Shown here piece by piece: positions 39,667 through 50,143 of a stretch of DNA of 64,000 bases (position 1 is the stretch's first letter; every line of letters begins with the position of its first letter). The position numbers were made by a program, and so were the translations under genes. Under the pieces are notes generated by a model. The model was not told the origin of the DNA, ran no database searches, and saw only the letters and a program-made list of their open reading frames with translations. This DNA comes from Bacteroidia bacterium. GTDB lineage: Bacteria; Bacteroidota; Bacteroidia; B-17B0; Aurantibacillaceae. The stretch lies in NCBI GenBank assembly GCA_016787785.1, contig JAEUTO010000015.1:1-64000 (forward strand), read 5' to 3'.

Positions 39667-40677
39667 TTAGGAATTCAGTTGTTCCCAAAGCATATCCTTT
39701 AACTGAATAATATTTTTTTGACTTGCAGATGAAAAGAAAATAAAAGGCACTTTGTTTTTTCCGGTCAATCTTTTTTTTAGATCTTTGGTCATTTCATTTT
39801 CCAATTCCTCATCCAGCATATCAGCTTTACTTATTCCCAGGATCCTTTTTTTATCCAGCAACTCCGGGTTATATTTTTTTAATTCGTTCAATAGAATTTT
39901 ATATTCACTTACAATATCTTTACTATCGCAACTAACTAAAAATAATAAAGATGAGTTTCGTTCAATATGTCTTAAAAAGCGTAAACCTAATCCTTTACCC
40001 TCGTGCGCCCCTTCAATAATTCCAGGGATGTCGGCCATTACAAAACTTTTATGATCTCGGTAACCAACAATCCCTAAATTAGGGACCAATGTTGTAAATG
40101 GATAATTCGCTATCTCAGGTTTTGCCGCGCTTACCACTGAAAGTAAAGTAGATTTTCCTGCATTTGGAAAACCAACCAAACCTACATCGGCTAAAACTTT
40201 TAATTCTAAAATTTTCCATTCTGTTTTTCCATTCTCGCCCGGTTGCGCGTATTGCGGATTTTGTTGAACAGAATTTTTAAAATTCGCATTGCCCATTCCT
40301 CCTCTTCCACCAGGCACCAAAATTATTTCCTGGCCATCTTCCGTTATCTCGCACTCTATTTCACCGGTCTCTTCATCGCGGGCAATGGTTCCTAAAGGCA
40401 CATCTAAATATTCATCGCCACCTTCCTTGCCCGATTTATTTCCACTTGAGCCATTTACGCCGCCTTCGGCAATAATATGTTTACGGTATTTTAAATGAAT
40501 TAAGGTCCATAATTGTTTATTGCCTCTTAAAATGATATGTCCACCCCTACCACCATTACCCCCATCGGGCCCACCAAATGCCGTTAACTTATCCCTGTGA
40601 AAATGAACAGACCCTGCGCCGCCTTTACCGCTGCGACAACATACTTTAACGTAATCAACAAAATTATTATCCATCTT
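39667..40677 (-). CDS. obg: GTPase Obg/CgtA
   Basis: [11 protein letters not shown]...[15 protein letters not shown]; Gly-rich [12 protein letters not shown]; G-domain [11 protein letters not shown]. Start chosen at the internal Met. Confidence 0.9.
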   Translation of the reverse strand, partial: KMDNNFVDYVKVCCRSGKGGAGSVHFHRDKLTAFGGPDGGNGGRGGHIILRGNKQLWTLIHLKYRKHIIAEGGVNGSSGNKSGKEGGDEYLDVPLGTIARDEETGEIECEITEDGQEIILVPGGRGGMGNANFKNSVQQNPQYAQPGENGKTEWKILELKVLADVGLVGFPNAGKSTLLSVVSAAKPEIANYPFTTLVPNLGIVGYRDHKSFVMADIPGIIEGAHEGKGLGLRFLRHIERNSSLLFLVSCDSKDIVSEYKILLNELKKYNPELLDKKRILGISKADMLDEELENEMTKDLKKRLTGKNKVPFIFFSSASQKNIIQLKDMLWEQLNS

Positions 40678-40699
40678 CTTCTCTCTTTCAACAAATAAA

Positions 40700-40732
40700 A
40701 AAGACCTAACGCAAAAACGCATTAGGTCTTAC
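40700..40732 (-). terminator. Terminator hairpin between adk and obg
   Basis: AAGACCTAACGCaaaaaCGCATTAGGTCTT with a T-run on the minus strand. Confidence 0.55.
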
Positions 40733-40745
40733 TATGTTTAACTTT

Positions 40746-41828
40746 TTATTTTCTTTTTTTGGTTGCTTTTTTTGGTTTTGATTTAGCAACTTTTTTCATT
40801 GCCTTTTTAGGGGCTGATTTTTTTGCTGCAGGTTTTTTAGCGACCGCTTTTTTCTTTGCAACTTTCTTAACCGCCTTTTTTGCCTTAGCTACAACTTTTT
40901 TCTTGGCCACTTTTTTAACTGCTTTTTTAGGTGCCGATTTCTTTGCTACTTTCTTAACAGCCTTTTTCTTTGCAGCAGGTTTTGCTTTCTTTGCAGCTTT
41001 TTTAGCTATCGGTTTTGCCGGTGCTTTTTTAACAAGGCTTTTCTTAACCGGAGTGCTTGCTTTTTTTGCTTTCGCTTCCTGTTTTTTGTTTTCCTTTTCT
41101 TCCTCGGCCTCTTCTGCTTCTATTCTTTTTATTGCATCAATTTCTAATAATAATTCAGGTGCAATTTCATTTGCCACTTCAAAATCCTGTATAGTAAGGT
41201 CTAAATGTTCCAAATCACTCTCTAAAGCAGTAAGATCCATTTCTGCATCTAAAAAAGTAATGCGGTCTACCAACGATTTAAAGATCTGATCAATAGAACC
41301 AATACCATCAATAGAATGGAATTTTCCTTGTTCGTTATAAAAATTTTTGAGCGGTAATGTTTTTGTATTGTATTCTAAAATACGACGACGGATAATGTCT
41401 TCGTTCCTGTCATCTGCACGTCCGCTTGACTCGCCTCTTTTTAATAAACGTTTTGTTAACTCTTCGTCATCAACTTCCAGTGCTAACATTCCACTAATGC
41501 CAGTACCCTTTTTTTGTAACAGATCATCTAAGGCAATTGCCTGTGCAGTTGTTCTTGGAAAACCGTCAAAAATAAAACCTTTTGCATTGCTGTTATCATC
41601 CAATTTGGATTCGATCATACCAATAACAATTTCATCACTCACCAATTCTCCTCTATCCATTATCTCTTTAGCTTTTTTACCTAAAGCCGTTCCTCTGTCA
41701 ATTTCGCTGCGCAAAATATCACCCGTGCTTAAATGCACTAAACCATATTTACTTATCAGGTTTTCTGATTGTGTACCTTTACCTGCTCCAGGAGGGCCAA
41801 ATAATACAAGGTTTAACATTTTTTTCAT
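40746..41828 (-). CDS. adk: Adenylate kinase fused to a ~170-aa C-terminal histone-H1-like Lys/Ala-rich (KAAK/KKVAKK repeat) tail
   Basis: N-terminal ~190 aa is a canonical Adk (GPPGAGKGTQ, LSTGDILR, GFIFDGFPRT, LID region). It continues in-frame through an acidic linker into ...KKAAKKAKPAAKKKAVKKVAKKSAPKK... to the stop. Confidence 0.75.
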   Translation of the reverse strand: MKKMLNLVLFGPPGAGKGTQSENLISKYGLVHLSTGDILRSEIDRGTALGKKAKEIMDRGELVSDEIVIGMIESKLDDNSNAKGFIFDGFPRTTAQAIALDDLLQKKGTGISGMLALEVDDEELTKRLLKRGESSGRADDRNEDIIRRRILEYNTKTLPLKNFYNEQGKFHSIDGIGSIDQIFKSLVDRITFLDAEMDLTALESDLEHLDLTIQDFEVANEIAPELLLEIDAIKRIEAEEAEEEKENKKQEAKAKKASTPVKKSLVKKAPAKPIAKKAAKKAKPAAKKKAVKKVAKKSAPKKAVKKVAKKKVVAKAKKAVKKVAKKKAVAKKPAAKKSAPKKAMKKVAKSKPKKATKKRK

Positions 41829-41857
41829 ATGCTGTTGTTTTAATTCTTTTTTTCTTT

Positions 41858-42394
41858 TTATGCGAGAACGTAGATCTCTTTTAAATTTCTTCCTAATCCG
41901 TCATAATCCAAACCGTAGCCAATTACAAAATCGTTTGGGATCTTCATGCCGTAATAATCTATTTTATATTCTTTTTTGTAGGAATCGGGTTTTAATAATA
42001 CCGTTGCTACTTTTATTTGTTTTACGTTCTTCCTATTTAAAACAGTAATTAATTTTTCCAGAGTAATTCCTGTATCAACAATGTCTTCAACTATTATTAC
42101 TGTTCTTCCGTTTATGTCTTCTGACAGGCCAATTAATTCTGTTACCGTTCCGCTACTTGTTGTACCATGATAACTTGCTACTTTGATAAAAGATATTTCG
42201 CAGGGAATTGAAACTTCTTTTAAAAGATCGGCAGCAAACATAAAAGAACCATTTAATACTACTAAAAAAAGAGGTTGGTCATTTTTTAGTTCGTCATTTA
42301 TTGAGTTCGCAATTTTTTTTACAGCTTCAGATATTTGTAGTTGAGAAATATATGGCTTAAATTGCTTATCTTTTATTGTAACGAGATCACTCAT
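41858..42394 (-). CDS. hpt: Hypoxanthine phosphoribosyltransferase
   Basis: PRPP-binding VIIVEDIVDTGITL; LVVLNGSFMFAADLL. Confidence 0.85.
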   Translation of the reverse strand: MSDLVTIKDKQFKPYISQLQISEAVKKIANSINDELKNDQPLFLVVLNGSFMFAADLLKEVSIPCEISFIKVASYHGTTSSGTVTELIGLSEDINGRTVIIVEDIVDTGITLEKLITVLNRKNVKQIKVATVLLKPDSYKKEYKIDYYGMKIPNDFVIGYGLDYDGLGRNLKEIYVLA

Positions 42395-42423
42395 ACGTTA
42401 ACAAATATAAGGTTTTTTGATAT

Positions 42424-43392
42424 TTGTATATTTGCATTGTGGCAGAAACAGGAAAAAATATTGATCTGGCGGCAGATCTGCTCTTAAAGGGCAATTTAGT
42501 TGCAATTCCAACCGAAACGGTGTATGGCCTGGCTGCTAATGCCCTCAACGAAAAGGCTGTACTTTCTATTTTTGAAGCCAAACAAAGGCCTTTTTTTGAT
42601 CCTTTGATCATTCATATGCCTTCTATTGAAAGCATTGATAAATATGCCTATTTGTCCGACCATCGCTTACAAAAGCTTGCAAAAGCCTTTTGGCCGGGCC
42701 CTTTAACGCTTTTGCTCCCAAAAAAAGAAAACATTCCAAATCTTGTAACATCGGGGTTGCCTAGCGTTGCCGTAAGAATACCCAATCATAACCTTACCTT
42801 AGAATTACTTAAAAAAATAAATGTTCCCTTAGCAGCGCCAAGCGCAAACCCTTTCGGCTATGTAAGTCCAACGCAACCGGCACACGCTAACAGTCAGTTA
42901 GGCGATAAAATTGCCTATATATTAGATGGCGGCGCCTGTGAAGTTGGCCTTGAATCTACAATTGTGGGCGTTGAAGATGACAAAGTGTGTATTTTTCGTT
43001 TGGGTGGTTTAGCTTTGGAAGAAATTGAAAAAGTTGTTGGAAAAACAGAATTACGAATTAATAATTCGAGTAATCCTACCGCTCCGGGACAATTAAAAAG
43101 CCATTATGCGCCCAAAAAAACTTTATTTATTGGAGATATTAAAGAGTTAATTAAGCAGAACATGTCAAATAAAATTGCCATACTTTGTTTTGGTGAAGAG
43201 AATTTTGAAGGAAAAGATCTGATCGTCTTCAATCTTTCTAAAAGTAAGAATTTACAGGAAGCTGCAATTAATCTGTTTAAATTTTTACGTCTTGCCGACG
43301 AAAGTGCTGCGGATGTTGTACTTTGTGAGAAAGTTCCTGATACAGGCCTTGGTCGCGCTATTAATGACAGATTAAGAAGAGCCGCGGGTTAA
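42424..43392 (+). CDS. tsaC: L-threonylcarbamoyladenylate synthase (Sua5/YrdC/TsaC family, long form with Sua5 C-terminal domain)
   Basis: AIPTETVYGLAANA...IFEAKQRPFFDPLIIH; 322 aa. Confidence 0.8.
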   Translation: MYICIVAETGKNIDLAADLLLKGNLVAIPTETVYGLAANALNEKAVLSIFEAKQRPFFDPLIIHMPSIESIDKYAYLSDHRLQKLAKAFWPGPLTLLLPKKENIPNLVTSGLPSVAVRIPNHNLTLELLKKINVPLAAPSANPFGYVSPTQPAHANSQLGDKIAYILDGGACEVGLESTIVGVEDDKVCIFRLGGLALEEIEKVVGKTELRINNSSNPTAPGQLKSHYAPKKTLFIGDIKELIKQNMSNKIAILCFGEENFEGKDLIVFNLSKSKNLQEAAINLFKFLRLADESAADVVLCEKVPDTGLGRAINDRLRRAAG

Positions 43393-44832
43393 TTATTCTA
43401 CAATTAATTTTTTGAATTTAGCAGTTGCTTTAGTTTTTATTTCTAAAGTATAAACCCCGGGAGTTATGCCTGATAAATTCATATTAATACGATTATCATA
43501 AAAAGATCTTTCTTCAACTACTCTACCAGTAATATCTATGATAGATATTTTATATTCATCGCAATCAGACATCGTAATATTTAAACTTTGATTTACAGGA
43601 TTTGGAAAAAAATTAAATTCAAAATCTTTTTTGTTTTCTTCAATGCCAACAGAAGAAGTATTGGTGTACCAAATAGGCGACGTTACTATCCATTGTCCGT
43701 CAGCCTGCTTTATCTCTGCAAAATAATAATATTCCATATTAGCGATCATAGGACTTACATCGTTGTAAGTTGCCGTATTATTATTTAAAGAAGTATAAAC
43801 AACTGTAGGATAGGTGCCCGTGTGATTATTAATACCCTTCCAGATCTTTATACTGTCCGCCTGCTCGCCATCCATATCATTATGCACTACATTAAAAACA
43901 GGATTTAAACTTCCGGTTAAAATTGAGCCCATGATATTACCATTCATATTAAAGTCGATTTTTGCATTCCAATCATCACTACCATAAAAATGCATTTGCT
44001 GCATGGCCGTAGTTAAATTTGTACGTGTTAAGGAAGGCATTAATACTACTAAGCGACCAGCAGTACTTCTTCCAAAAGTTGTGTAATGATTATCATGATC
44101 ATAACCAATACCCAGATGATAACCCACAGATAAAAGTTTTTTGTAATAAGAAAAATAATCACCCAACGGATAATCATTATAGTTTGTAAATGTGCTAAAA
44201 GCTAAACCACTGCGCAGCGGTGTGCCTACTATTGCACTGTCGTAAGTAGCGTTGTATGCCGAGTATGCTAACGCGGTTGCAGAAGTTCCGTTAGTTGAAA
44301 AATCGCTGAAGCCCGGATGCGCTAAATAACAAAATGCGTTTGGATTATTTTTTATTTTTCTAAATAAACCATCGTAATCGGGTTTTGCATTATATATATC
44401 ATAGTTATTTCCAACAACTGTTGGTACTGATGATTCCCAACCAATTAACTGGTTAAAACCATAAATAATAACGTGCCCGGCATAGGTAGAAGAAACACCC
44501 CACTCCATACCAAACAATGATAAAAATATGCCATCCTGGTTAGCGTTATTTGCCATTGTTAAGCCAGGTTGAAAGTTCTGGATCTGGAAACCCGGATTAT
44601 TGCTGCTTGAATAATGGTTGTGTTCTGAAATGCCTAAGAAATCAAAATTTTGGCTCTGTTTTGCAAACGCATAGGCACCTACCGGATTATTTACACCGCT
44701 GGAAGTGGAATCTTTACTCCCGTCACTAAAACCCGTATGCGAATGTAAATTTCCAAAATAATAATTATATGTTTGTGATGAAACAGTAAATGTTGAAACT
44801 AAAATAAAAAAGAAAAAAACCGTGAATCTCAT
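43393..44832 (-). CDS. Secreted PHP-domain (metal-dependent phosphoesterase-like) protein with T9SS type-A C-terminal sorting domain
   Basis: GNLHSHTGFSDGS...GISEHNH (PHP motifs); C-terminal ~80 aa beta-sandwich tail ending ...KTKATAKFKKLIVE. Confidence 0.6.
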   Translation of the reverse strand: MRFTVFFFFILVSTFTVSSQTYNYYFGNLHSHTGFSDGSKDSTSSGVNNPVGAYAFAKQSQNFDFLGISEHNHYSSSNNPGFQIQNFQPGLTMANNANQDGIFLSLFGMEWGVSSTYAGHVIIYGFNQLIGWESSVPTVVGNNYDIYNAKPDYDGLFRKIKNNPNAFCYLAHPGFSDFSTNGTSATALAYSAYNATYDSAIVGTPLRSGLAFSTFTNYNDYPLGDYFSYYKKLLSVGYHLGIGYDHDNHYTTFGRSTAGRLVVLMPSLTRTNLTTAMQQMHFYGSDDWNAKIDFNMNGNIMGSILTGSLNPVFNVVHNDMDGEQADSIKIWKGINNHTGTYPTVVYTSLNNNTATYNDVSPMIANMEYYYFAEIKQADGQWIVTSPIWYTNTSSVGIEENKKDFEFNFFPNPVNQSLNITMSDCDEYKISIIDITGRVVEERSFYDNRINMNLSGITPGVYTLEIKTKATAKFKKLIVE

Positions 44833-44940
44833 TGACTAAAGATAATAAATAAATAGCTATGTTTTTGCCATCTTTTTCATTTAACAATTCCTTTACGTTT
44901 TTTCTATGTATCTTTAAATATCATTTTTAATTAATAACTA

Positions 44941-46512
44941 ATGAAAAAAATAATCCTGACTGCTCTTTTGCTTGTTGGCAACTGCATGTTAGCGCAATTT
45001 CCAAATGTATTGATCAGTACCTTGAATCAACCCGAAGAAGTTGCTATTGCTATAAATCCAAAGAACACAAACCAAATAGTTGCGGGTTCTAATTTAAAAA
45101 ATGCATACAGAAGTAATGATGGCGGCGCTACCTGGAGTTACCAAATATTGTCTTGCAGTGCTTATGATGTTTATGGTGATCCGGTTATGATCTGGGATAC
45201 AGCAAACGCCTGTTATTACATACATTTATCAAATCCTAATTCGGCCATAACGCCTGGCGGCACATGGGTTGACAGGATAGTGGTGCAAAAATCCGGCGAT
45301 TTTGGACAAACATATACTACCTGCGTTGGAGTTGGAAAGAATGGAGCCAAAGTACAGGATAAAGCCTGGGCTGTAGTAAATCCATACAATAATGAGATGC
45401 ACATGACATGGACGCAATTTGACAATTACGGAAGTTCGGCGCCACTTGACAGTTCTATAATTTTATATTCGAAATCAAGTGATGGAGGAAATACATTTTC
45501 AATTCCAAAACGAATATCAAAATTTGCAGGAAATTGTATTGATGCCGATTCTACTGTTGAAGGGGCTGTTCCGGCAATTGGTCCTTTAGGCGAAATTTAT
45601 GTTGGCTGGGCGGGGCAATATGGCTTGATGTTCCAAAAATCTACAGACGGCGGGACAACCTGGTTGCCGACAGAACAATTGGTAAATGCTTTTCCGGGAG
45701 GATGGGATTATACGATTAGTGGTTTATATCGCTGCAACGGATTGCCTTTTACATTTTGTGACCTCAGTAATTCTCCTTACCACGGAACCATTTACATGAA
45801 CTGGAGCGATAAAGCAAACGGTGTAAATGATGGAGATGTTTGGATAACAAAATCAACCAACGGTGGAACCACCTGGAGCGCGCCATTTAGAGTAAATGAT
45901 GATGTGCCCGGCAAACAACAATTTATGAGCGCAATGACAATAGATCAGGTTACCGGATACGTTTATATTCTTTTTTATGACCGCAGAAATTACGCTTCAG
46001 GAAATAATACTGATGTTTACATGGCTGTATCAACGAACGGTGGCGCAAGTTTTACAAATTATAAAGTTAACGCTAATCCATTTTCGCCAAATGCCGGATA
46101 TTTTTTTGGTGATTATATTGGCATCTCAGCACACAATAATGTAGTGAGGCCCATCTGGATGCAAATGACCAATAGCGGCGCATTAAGTGTTTATACTGCG
46201 TTAGTTAGCCCTGCAACATTAGGAATTGAAAATAAAAAAGAAGAAAATCTAGGTTCAATAACCGCCTCGCCCAACCCGTTTAAAACTGAAACTACCGTTG
46301 GATTTACGTTAACGAAAGATGCAAAACTAACCATTCAGTTAGTGGATAATGTTGGCAGACTGATCAAAGAATTGGTTACCACTAAAAATTATAGCGCGGG
46401 AAAAAATAAAATTGTAATTAATGCCCAGGAAAATAATTTAAAACCAGGGATTTATTATGTTGCTTTTTATAGCGACGAGAAAAGTAAATTTACGAAGATC
46501 GTGTTGGAATAA
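44941..46512 (+). CDS. BNR/Asp-box repeat (sialidase-like beta-propeller) protein with T9SS type-A C-terminal sorting domain
   Basis: Five Asp-box-like motifs (SNDGGATW, SSDGGNTF, STDGGTTW, STNGGTTW, STNGGASF); C-terminal sorting domain ...KSKFTKIVLE. Confidence 0.65.
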   Translation: MKKIILTALLLVGNCMLAQFPNVLISTLNQPEEVAIAINPKNTNQIVAGSNLKNAYRSNDGGATWSYQILSCSAYDVYGDPVMIWDTANACYYIHLSNPNSAITPGGTWVDRIVVQKSGDFGQTYTTCVGVGKNGAKVQDKAWAVVNPYNNEMHMTWTQFDNYGSSAPLDSSIILYSKSSDGGNTFSIPKRISKFAGNCIDADSTVEGAVPAIGPLGEIYVGWAGQYGLMFQKSTDGGTTWLPTEQLVNAFPGGWDYTISGLYRCNGLPFTFCDLSNSPYHGTIYMNWSDKANGVNDGDVWITKSTNGGTTWSAPFRVNDDVPGKQQFMSAMTIDQVTGYVYILFYDRRNYASGNNTDVYMAVSTNGGASFTNYKVNANPFSPNAGYFFGDYIGISAHNNVVRPIWMQMTNSGALSVYTALVSPATLGIENKKEENLGSITASPNPFKTETTVGFTLTKDAKLTIQLVDNVGRLIKELVTTKNYSAGKNKIVINAQENNLKPGIYYVAFYSDEKSKFTKIVLE

Positions 46513-46992
46513 TTATTTTTTATAGATCAAAGCAACTGCATAAGCATTCACGCCTTCGCCTTTGCCTACATAACCTAACTTTTCGTTAGTGGTAGCTTTT
46601 ATAGAAATTTCATTTGTTGTTACTTCACAAATTGGCGCTAAAATTTCCTGCATTTTTTTTATGTGCGGATTTATTTTTGGATCTTCTAAACTTAAGGTTG
46701 CATCAATATTACCAACATAATAATTATTCTCTTTCAATAATTTTATAACTTCAGCCAATAAAAATTTACTATCGGCACCTTTGTATTTTGGATCTGTATT
46801 CGGAAAATGAAAACCAATATCGCGGAGATTTGCAGCACCTAACAAAGCATCACAAATGGCGTGTAATAAAACATCGGCATCGCTATGACCAACACAACCC
46901 TTATTAAATTCTAATTTAACACCTCCCAGCCAAAGCTCCCGGCCTTCGCCTAAAGGATGCACATCATAACCAAAACCAACTCGTATATTCAT
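46513..46992 (-). CDS. ispF: 2-C-methyl-D-erythritol 2,4-cyclodiphosphate synthase
   Basis: MNIRVGFGYDVHPL...GHSDADVLLHAICDALLGAA. Confidence 0.9.
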   Translation of the reverse strand: MNIRVGFGYDVHPLGEGRELWLGGVKLEFNKGCVGHSDADVLLHAICDALLGAANLRDIGFHFPNTDPKYKGADSKFLLAEVIKLLKENNYYVGNIDATLSLEDPKINPHIKKMQEILAPICEVTTNEISIKATTNEKLGYVGKGEGVNAYAVALIYKK

Positions 46993-46995
46993 AAA

Positions 46996-47187
46996 TTAAT
47001 TTATTTTACAGGTTGAAAAATTAGTAGAGATCATTTCTTCACAAACTTTTTTAGCCTTCTTCTTTGTGCCGGTTACTGTGCCAATTGTGGTATTGCCATT
47101 TGCGTTTGTGCAAACACAATTATATGTTTTACGACAAGACATTAAAACAATTAAGGCCAATAAATATGCACTTTTCTTCAATATCAC
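46996..47187 (-). CDS. Small cysteine-rich lipoprotein (63 aa), tandem paralog
   Basis: MSC lipobox, then KTYNCVCTNAN...AKKVC...TC. Confidence 0.45.
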   Translation of the reverse strand: MILKKSAYLLALIVLMSCRKTYNCVCTNANGNTTIGTVTGTKKKAKKVCEEMISTNFSTCKIN

Positions 47188-47190
47188 TCT

Positions 47191-47385
47191 TTATTGCTGT
47201 ATGTTACATTTTGTATCACCACTCGAAAGATCCTGACAATATTTTTTTGCCTGATTGCGCGTGCCTTCCTTTTCTCCTGCAATATAAGTTGCATTAGCAT
47301 TCTTGCATTCACACTGATATGTTTTTTTACAAGATGTAATGCCAATACCAAAAAAAACTAAAATATAAATTACTTTTTTCATCAT
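47191..47385 (-). CDS. Small cysteine-rich lipoprotein (64 aa), tandem paralog
   Basis: TSC lipobox, then [11 protein letters not shown]...AKKYC...KC; cysteine spacing conserved with the neighbour. Confidence 0.45.
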   Translation of the reverse strand: MMKKVIYILVFFGIGITSCKKTYQCECKNANATYIAGEKEGTRNQAKKYCQDLSSGDTKCNIQQ

Positions 47386-48575
47386 GCTTTTATGGCTTCT
47401 ACGCCAGGTAATGTTCCTTGTTCAATGTACTCTAACAATGCGCCACCACCAGTGCTAACGTAACTAACCTTATCGGCTAAGTTATATTTATTGATGGCTG
47501 CAACACTATCTCCTCCACCAATTAACGTAAAAGCACCTTGTTTTGTTGCCTCTACAATATCAAATGCAGCTTGCTTTGTTCCGTTCTCAAAACTACTCAT
47601 TTCAAAAACTCCCATTGGTCCGTTCCATAAAATAGTTTTTGAGTTTTTAATTATCTCACCAAACATTTTTATAGTTTTTGGTCCAATATCCAATCCCATC
47701 CAGCCATCAGGTATCTTATCAATATCCACTTCTTTTGTATTAGCGTCGTTTGCAAAATTATCTGCAATAATAGCGTCAACAGGTATACATAAATTTACAC
47801 CTTTTGTTTTTGCTTTGCTAATTAATTCTTTTGCAATTTCTAAACGATCGTCTTCGCAAAGCGATTTACCTATTTGCCCACCCATGGCTTTTACAAAGGT
47901 AAAGGCCATACCACCACCTATTAAAATGTTATTGGCCTTGCCCATTAATTGTTCGATGATCAAAATTTTATCACTCACTTTTGCACCACCTACTATTGCG
48001 GTAAAAGGTTTTTGTGTTTGGTTCAATACTTTATCAATACTGGCCACTTCGCCTGCCATTACAAAACCAAAACATTTTGCTTCGGGTTTAAAATATTTTG
48101 CAATTACGGCGGTTGAAGCATGTGCGCGATGCGCGGTACCAAAAGCATCGTTCACATAAATATCGCCATGCTTGCTTAATTTTTCGGCAAATTTTTCATC
48201 GCCTTTTTCTTCTTCTTTGTAAAAACGTAAATTCTCTAACAATAAAACTTGTCCGCTTTTTAAAGCAGCAGATTGTTGAAATGCTTTTTCGCTGATACAA
48301 TCCTCTGCAAATAAAACAGGCGTTGCTAACTGCTTGCTTAATTCTGCAACAATATGTTTTAAAGAATATTTATTGGTTGGTCCTTCTTTTGGGCGACCTA
48401 AATGACTCATCAATACAAGGCTTCCACCATCTTTTAAGATCTTTTTTAAAGTGGGAATAGCAGCGCGAATACGTGTAGAGTCAGTTACTTCAAAAGTATC
48501 GTTTAATGGAACATTAAAATCAACGCGAATAACCGCGCGCTTGTTTGAGAAATTGATGGAGTCAACTGTTTTCAT
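47382..48575 (-). CDS. pgk: Phosphoglycerate kinase
   Basis: N-terminus [13 protein letters not shown]; full-length 397 aa. Confidence 0.9.
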   Translation of the reverse strand: MKTVDSINFSNKRAVIRVDFNVPLNDTFEVTDSTRIRAAIPTLKKILKDGGSLVLMSHLGRPKEGPTNKYSLKHIVAELSKQLATPVLFAEDCISEKAFQQSAALKSGQVLLLENLRFYKEEEKGDEKFAEKLSKHGDIYVNDAFGTAHRAHASTAVIAKYFKPEAKCFGFVMAGEVASIDKVLNQTQKPFTAIVGGAKVSDKILIIEQLMGKANNILIGGGMAFTFVKAMGGQIGKSLCEDDRLEIAKELISKAKTKGVNLCIPVDAIIADNFANDANTKEVDIDKIPDGWMGLDIGPKTIKMFGEIIKNSKTILWNGPMGVFEMSSFENGTKQAAFDIVEATKQGAFTLIGGGDSVAAINKYNLADKVSYVSTGGGALLEYIEQGTLPGVEAIKA

Positions 48576-48678
48576 ATGTAGTTCTTATTGTTTTTAATTA
48601 TCATATGGAATACGTCATGCAATCTATATTTTGTTTGTTCTCAATCGCGCATGACTATTTCATATAACTAAGATAAAT

Positions 48679-49962
48679 TTAAACTAATTTTTTTAAACTT
48701 TTTTCAAATGCAGAAATTGTTTTATCAAGATCTGCAGTAGTGTGTGCCTGGCTCACAAAGCCAACCTCGTAGCCACTTGGCCCCAAATACACACCGTTTT
48801 CCAATAAAGCATGGTACAATGTTTTAAAATAACTCATGCTGTTGGCATCAATTTCATCAGCATTATTTATAGTTTCTTTTTCTGTGAAGGCGATCCAGAA
48901 AATAGACCCCAAATGAAATAACTTAAATAATTTAAACGGATTTATTTTATTAATGCCGTCTACTAAATATTTTGTTTTTGTTTCAAGATCTGTATAAAAA
49001 TTTGGTGCTAAACATTCTGTTAACTGTGCAATGCCAGCACTCATCGCCACCGGATTGCCGCTTAACGTGCCGGCCTGGTAAACCGCTCCCTCCGGAGAAA
49101 TATTGCTCATTATTTCTTTGTTGGCACCATAAGCGCCAACCGGGAAACCACCACCAATAATTTTTCCATAAGTAATAATATCGGGTTGTATATTATACAT
49201 TCCTGCAACGCCACAAAAACCCATTCTAAATCCGCTAATCACCTCATCAAAAATTAATAAAGTTCTATTGGCAGAACAGATCTCACGCAAAAATTCCAGA
49301 AATTCTTTTCCCTGCAATAGCAAACCATTGTTGGCCGGAACAGGTTCAATAATGATACAGGCAATTTCATTTTTGAATTTTTCAAACGCCTCTTTTACCG
49401 CTTCTTTATTATGCAAAGGCACAACAATAGTTTCGTTCACAAAACTTTCGGGCACACCTGCACTGCTGGAATTACCAAACGTTACCAAACCACTACCCGC
49501 TTTTACCAAAAGCGAATCTACATGTCCATGATAACAACCCTCGAACTTTAAAATTTTATTGCGTTTTGTAAAACCGCGCGCTAAACGAATGGCGCTCATT
49601 ACGGCTTCTGTTCCGCTGCTTACAAATCTTATTTTTTGTATGAATTTATTGTTAGATAAAATAAGGTCGGCCAACTGGTTCTCCAATTTTGTTGGGGCGC
49701 CAAACGAAGTTCCGTTGCGCATTGTTTTATCTACCGCGTTCAACACGTTATCATTAGCGTGACCTAAAATTAATGGTCCCCAACTGCAGCAATAATCAAT
49801 GTATTCATTTCCATCTGCATCCCAGATATGAGAACCTTTTCCTTTTTCAATAAAGAGTGGATTGCCGCCAACACTTCTAAAAGCGCGTACCGGTGAATTT
49901 ACGCCACCAGGAAAATAATTTTTTGCTTTTTCAAAAAGCTCGGCAGACTTTGTTGTATTCAT
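48679..49962 (-). CDS. hemL: Glutamate-1-semialdehyde 2,1-aminomutase
   Basis: LFEKAKNYFPGGVNSPVRAF N-terminus; class III aminotransferase fold; 427 aa. Confidence 0.9.
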   Translation of the reverse strand: MNTTKSAELFEKAKNYFPGGVNSPVRAFRSVGGNPLFIEKGKGSHIWDADGNEYIDYCCSWGPLILGHANDNVLNAVDKTMRNGTSFGAPTKLENQLADLILSNNKFIQKIRFVSSGTEAVMSAIRLARGFTKRNKILKFEGCYHGHVDSLLVKAGSGLVTFGNSSSAGVPESFVNETIVVPLHNKEAVKEAFEKFKNEIACIIIEPVPANNGLLLQGKEFLEFLREICSANRTLLIFDEVISGFRMGFCGVAGMYNIQPDIITYGKIIGGGFPVGAYGANKEIMSNISPEGAVYQAGTLSGNPVAMSAGIAQLTECLAPNFYTDLETKTKYLVDGINKINPFKLFKLFHLGSIFWIAFTEKETINNADEIDANSMSYFKTLYHALLENGVYLGPSGYEVGFVSQAHTTADLDKTISAFEKSLKKLV

Positions 49963-50143
49963 AGAGAAATTTTGGCAAAATTAACTAAAAATTAAAGATT
50001 TCGGGTTTCTTATTGCGGGTTTCGTGTTTTAGCAAGTGAAACTAAATTTTTAGCTTGTTTAAAAATGTTAAAGCGTGTATTAACGATATTTTTTTTATCA
50101 TTGTGGTTCAATAATTGATAACTTTAACGTAAACAAATACATT

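Noticed and set aside
40759-41289. 176-aa plus-strand ORF (Phe/Ala-rich)
   Set aside because: It is the antisense shadow of the KAAK-repeat tail of adk.
41347-42048. 233-aa plus-strand ORF
   Set aside because: It overlaps adk and hpt in antisense and shows no coding-like composition.
47491-48159. 222-aa plus-strand ORF
   Set aside because: It lies entirely inside pgk on the opposite strand.
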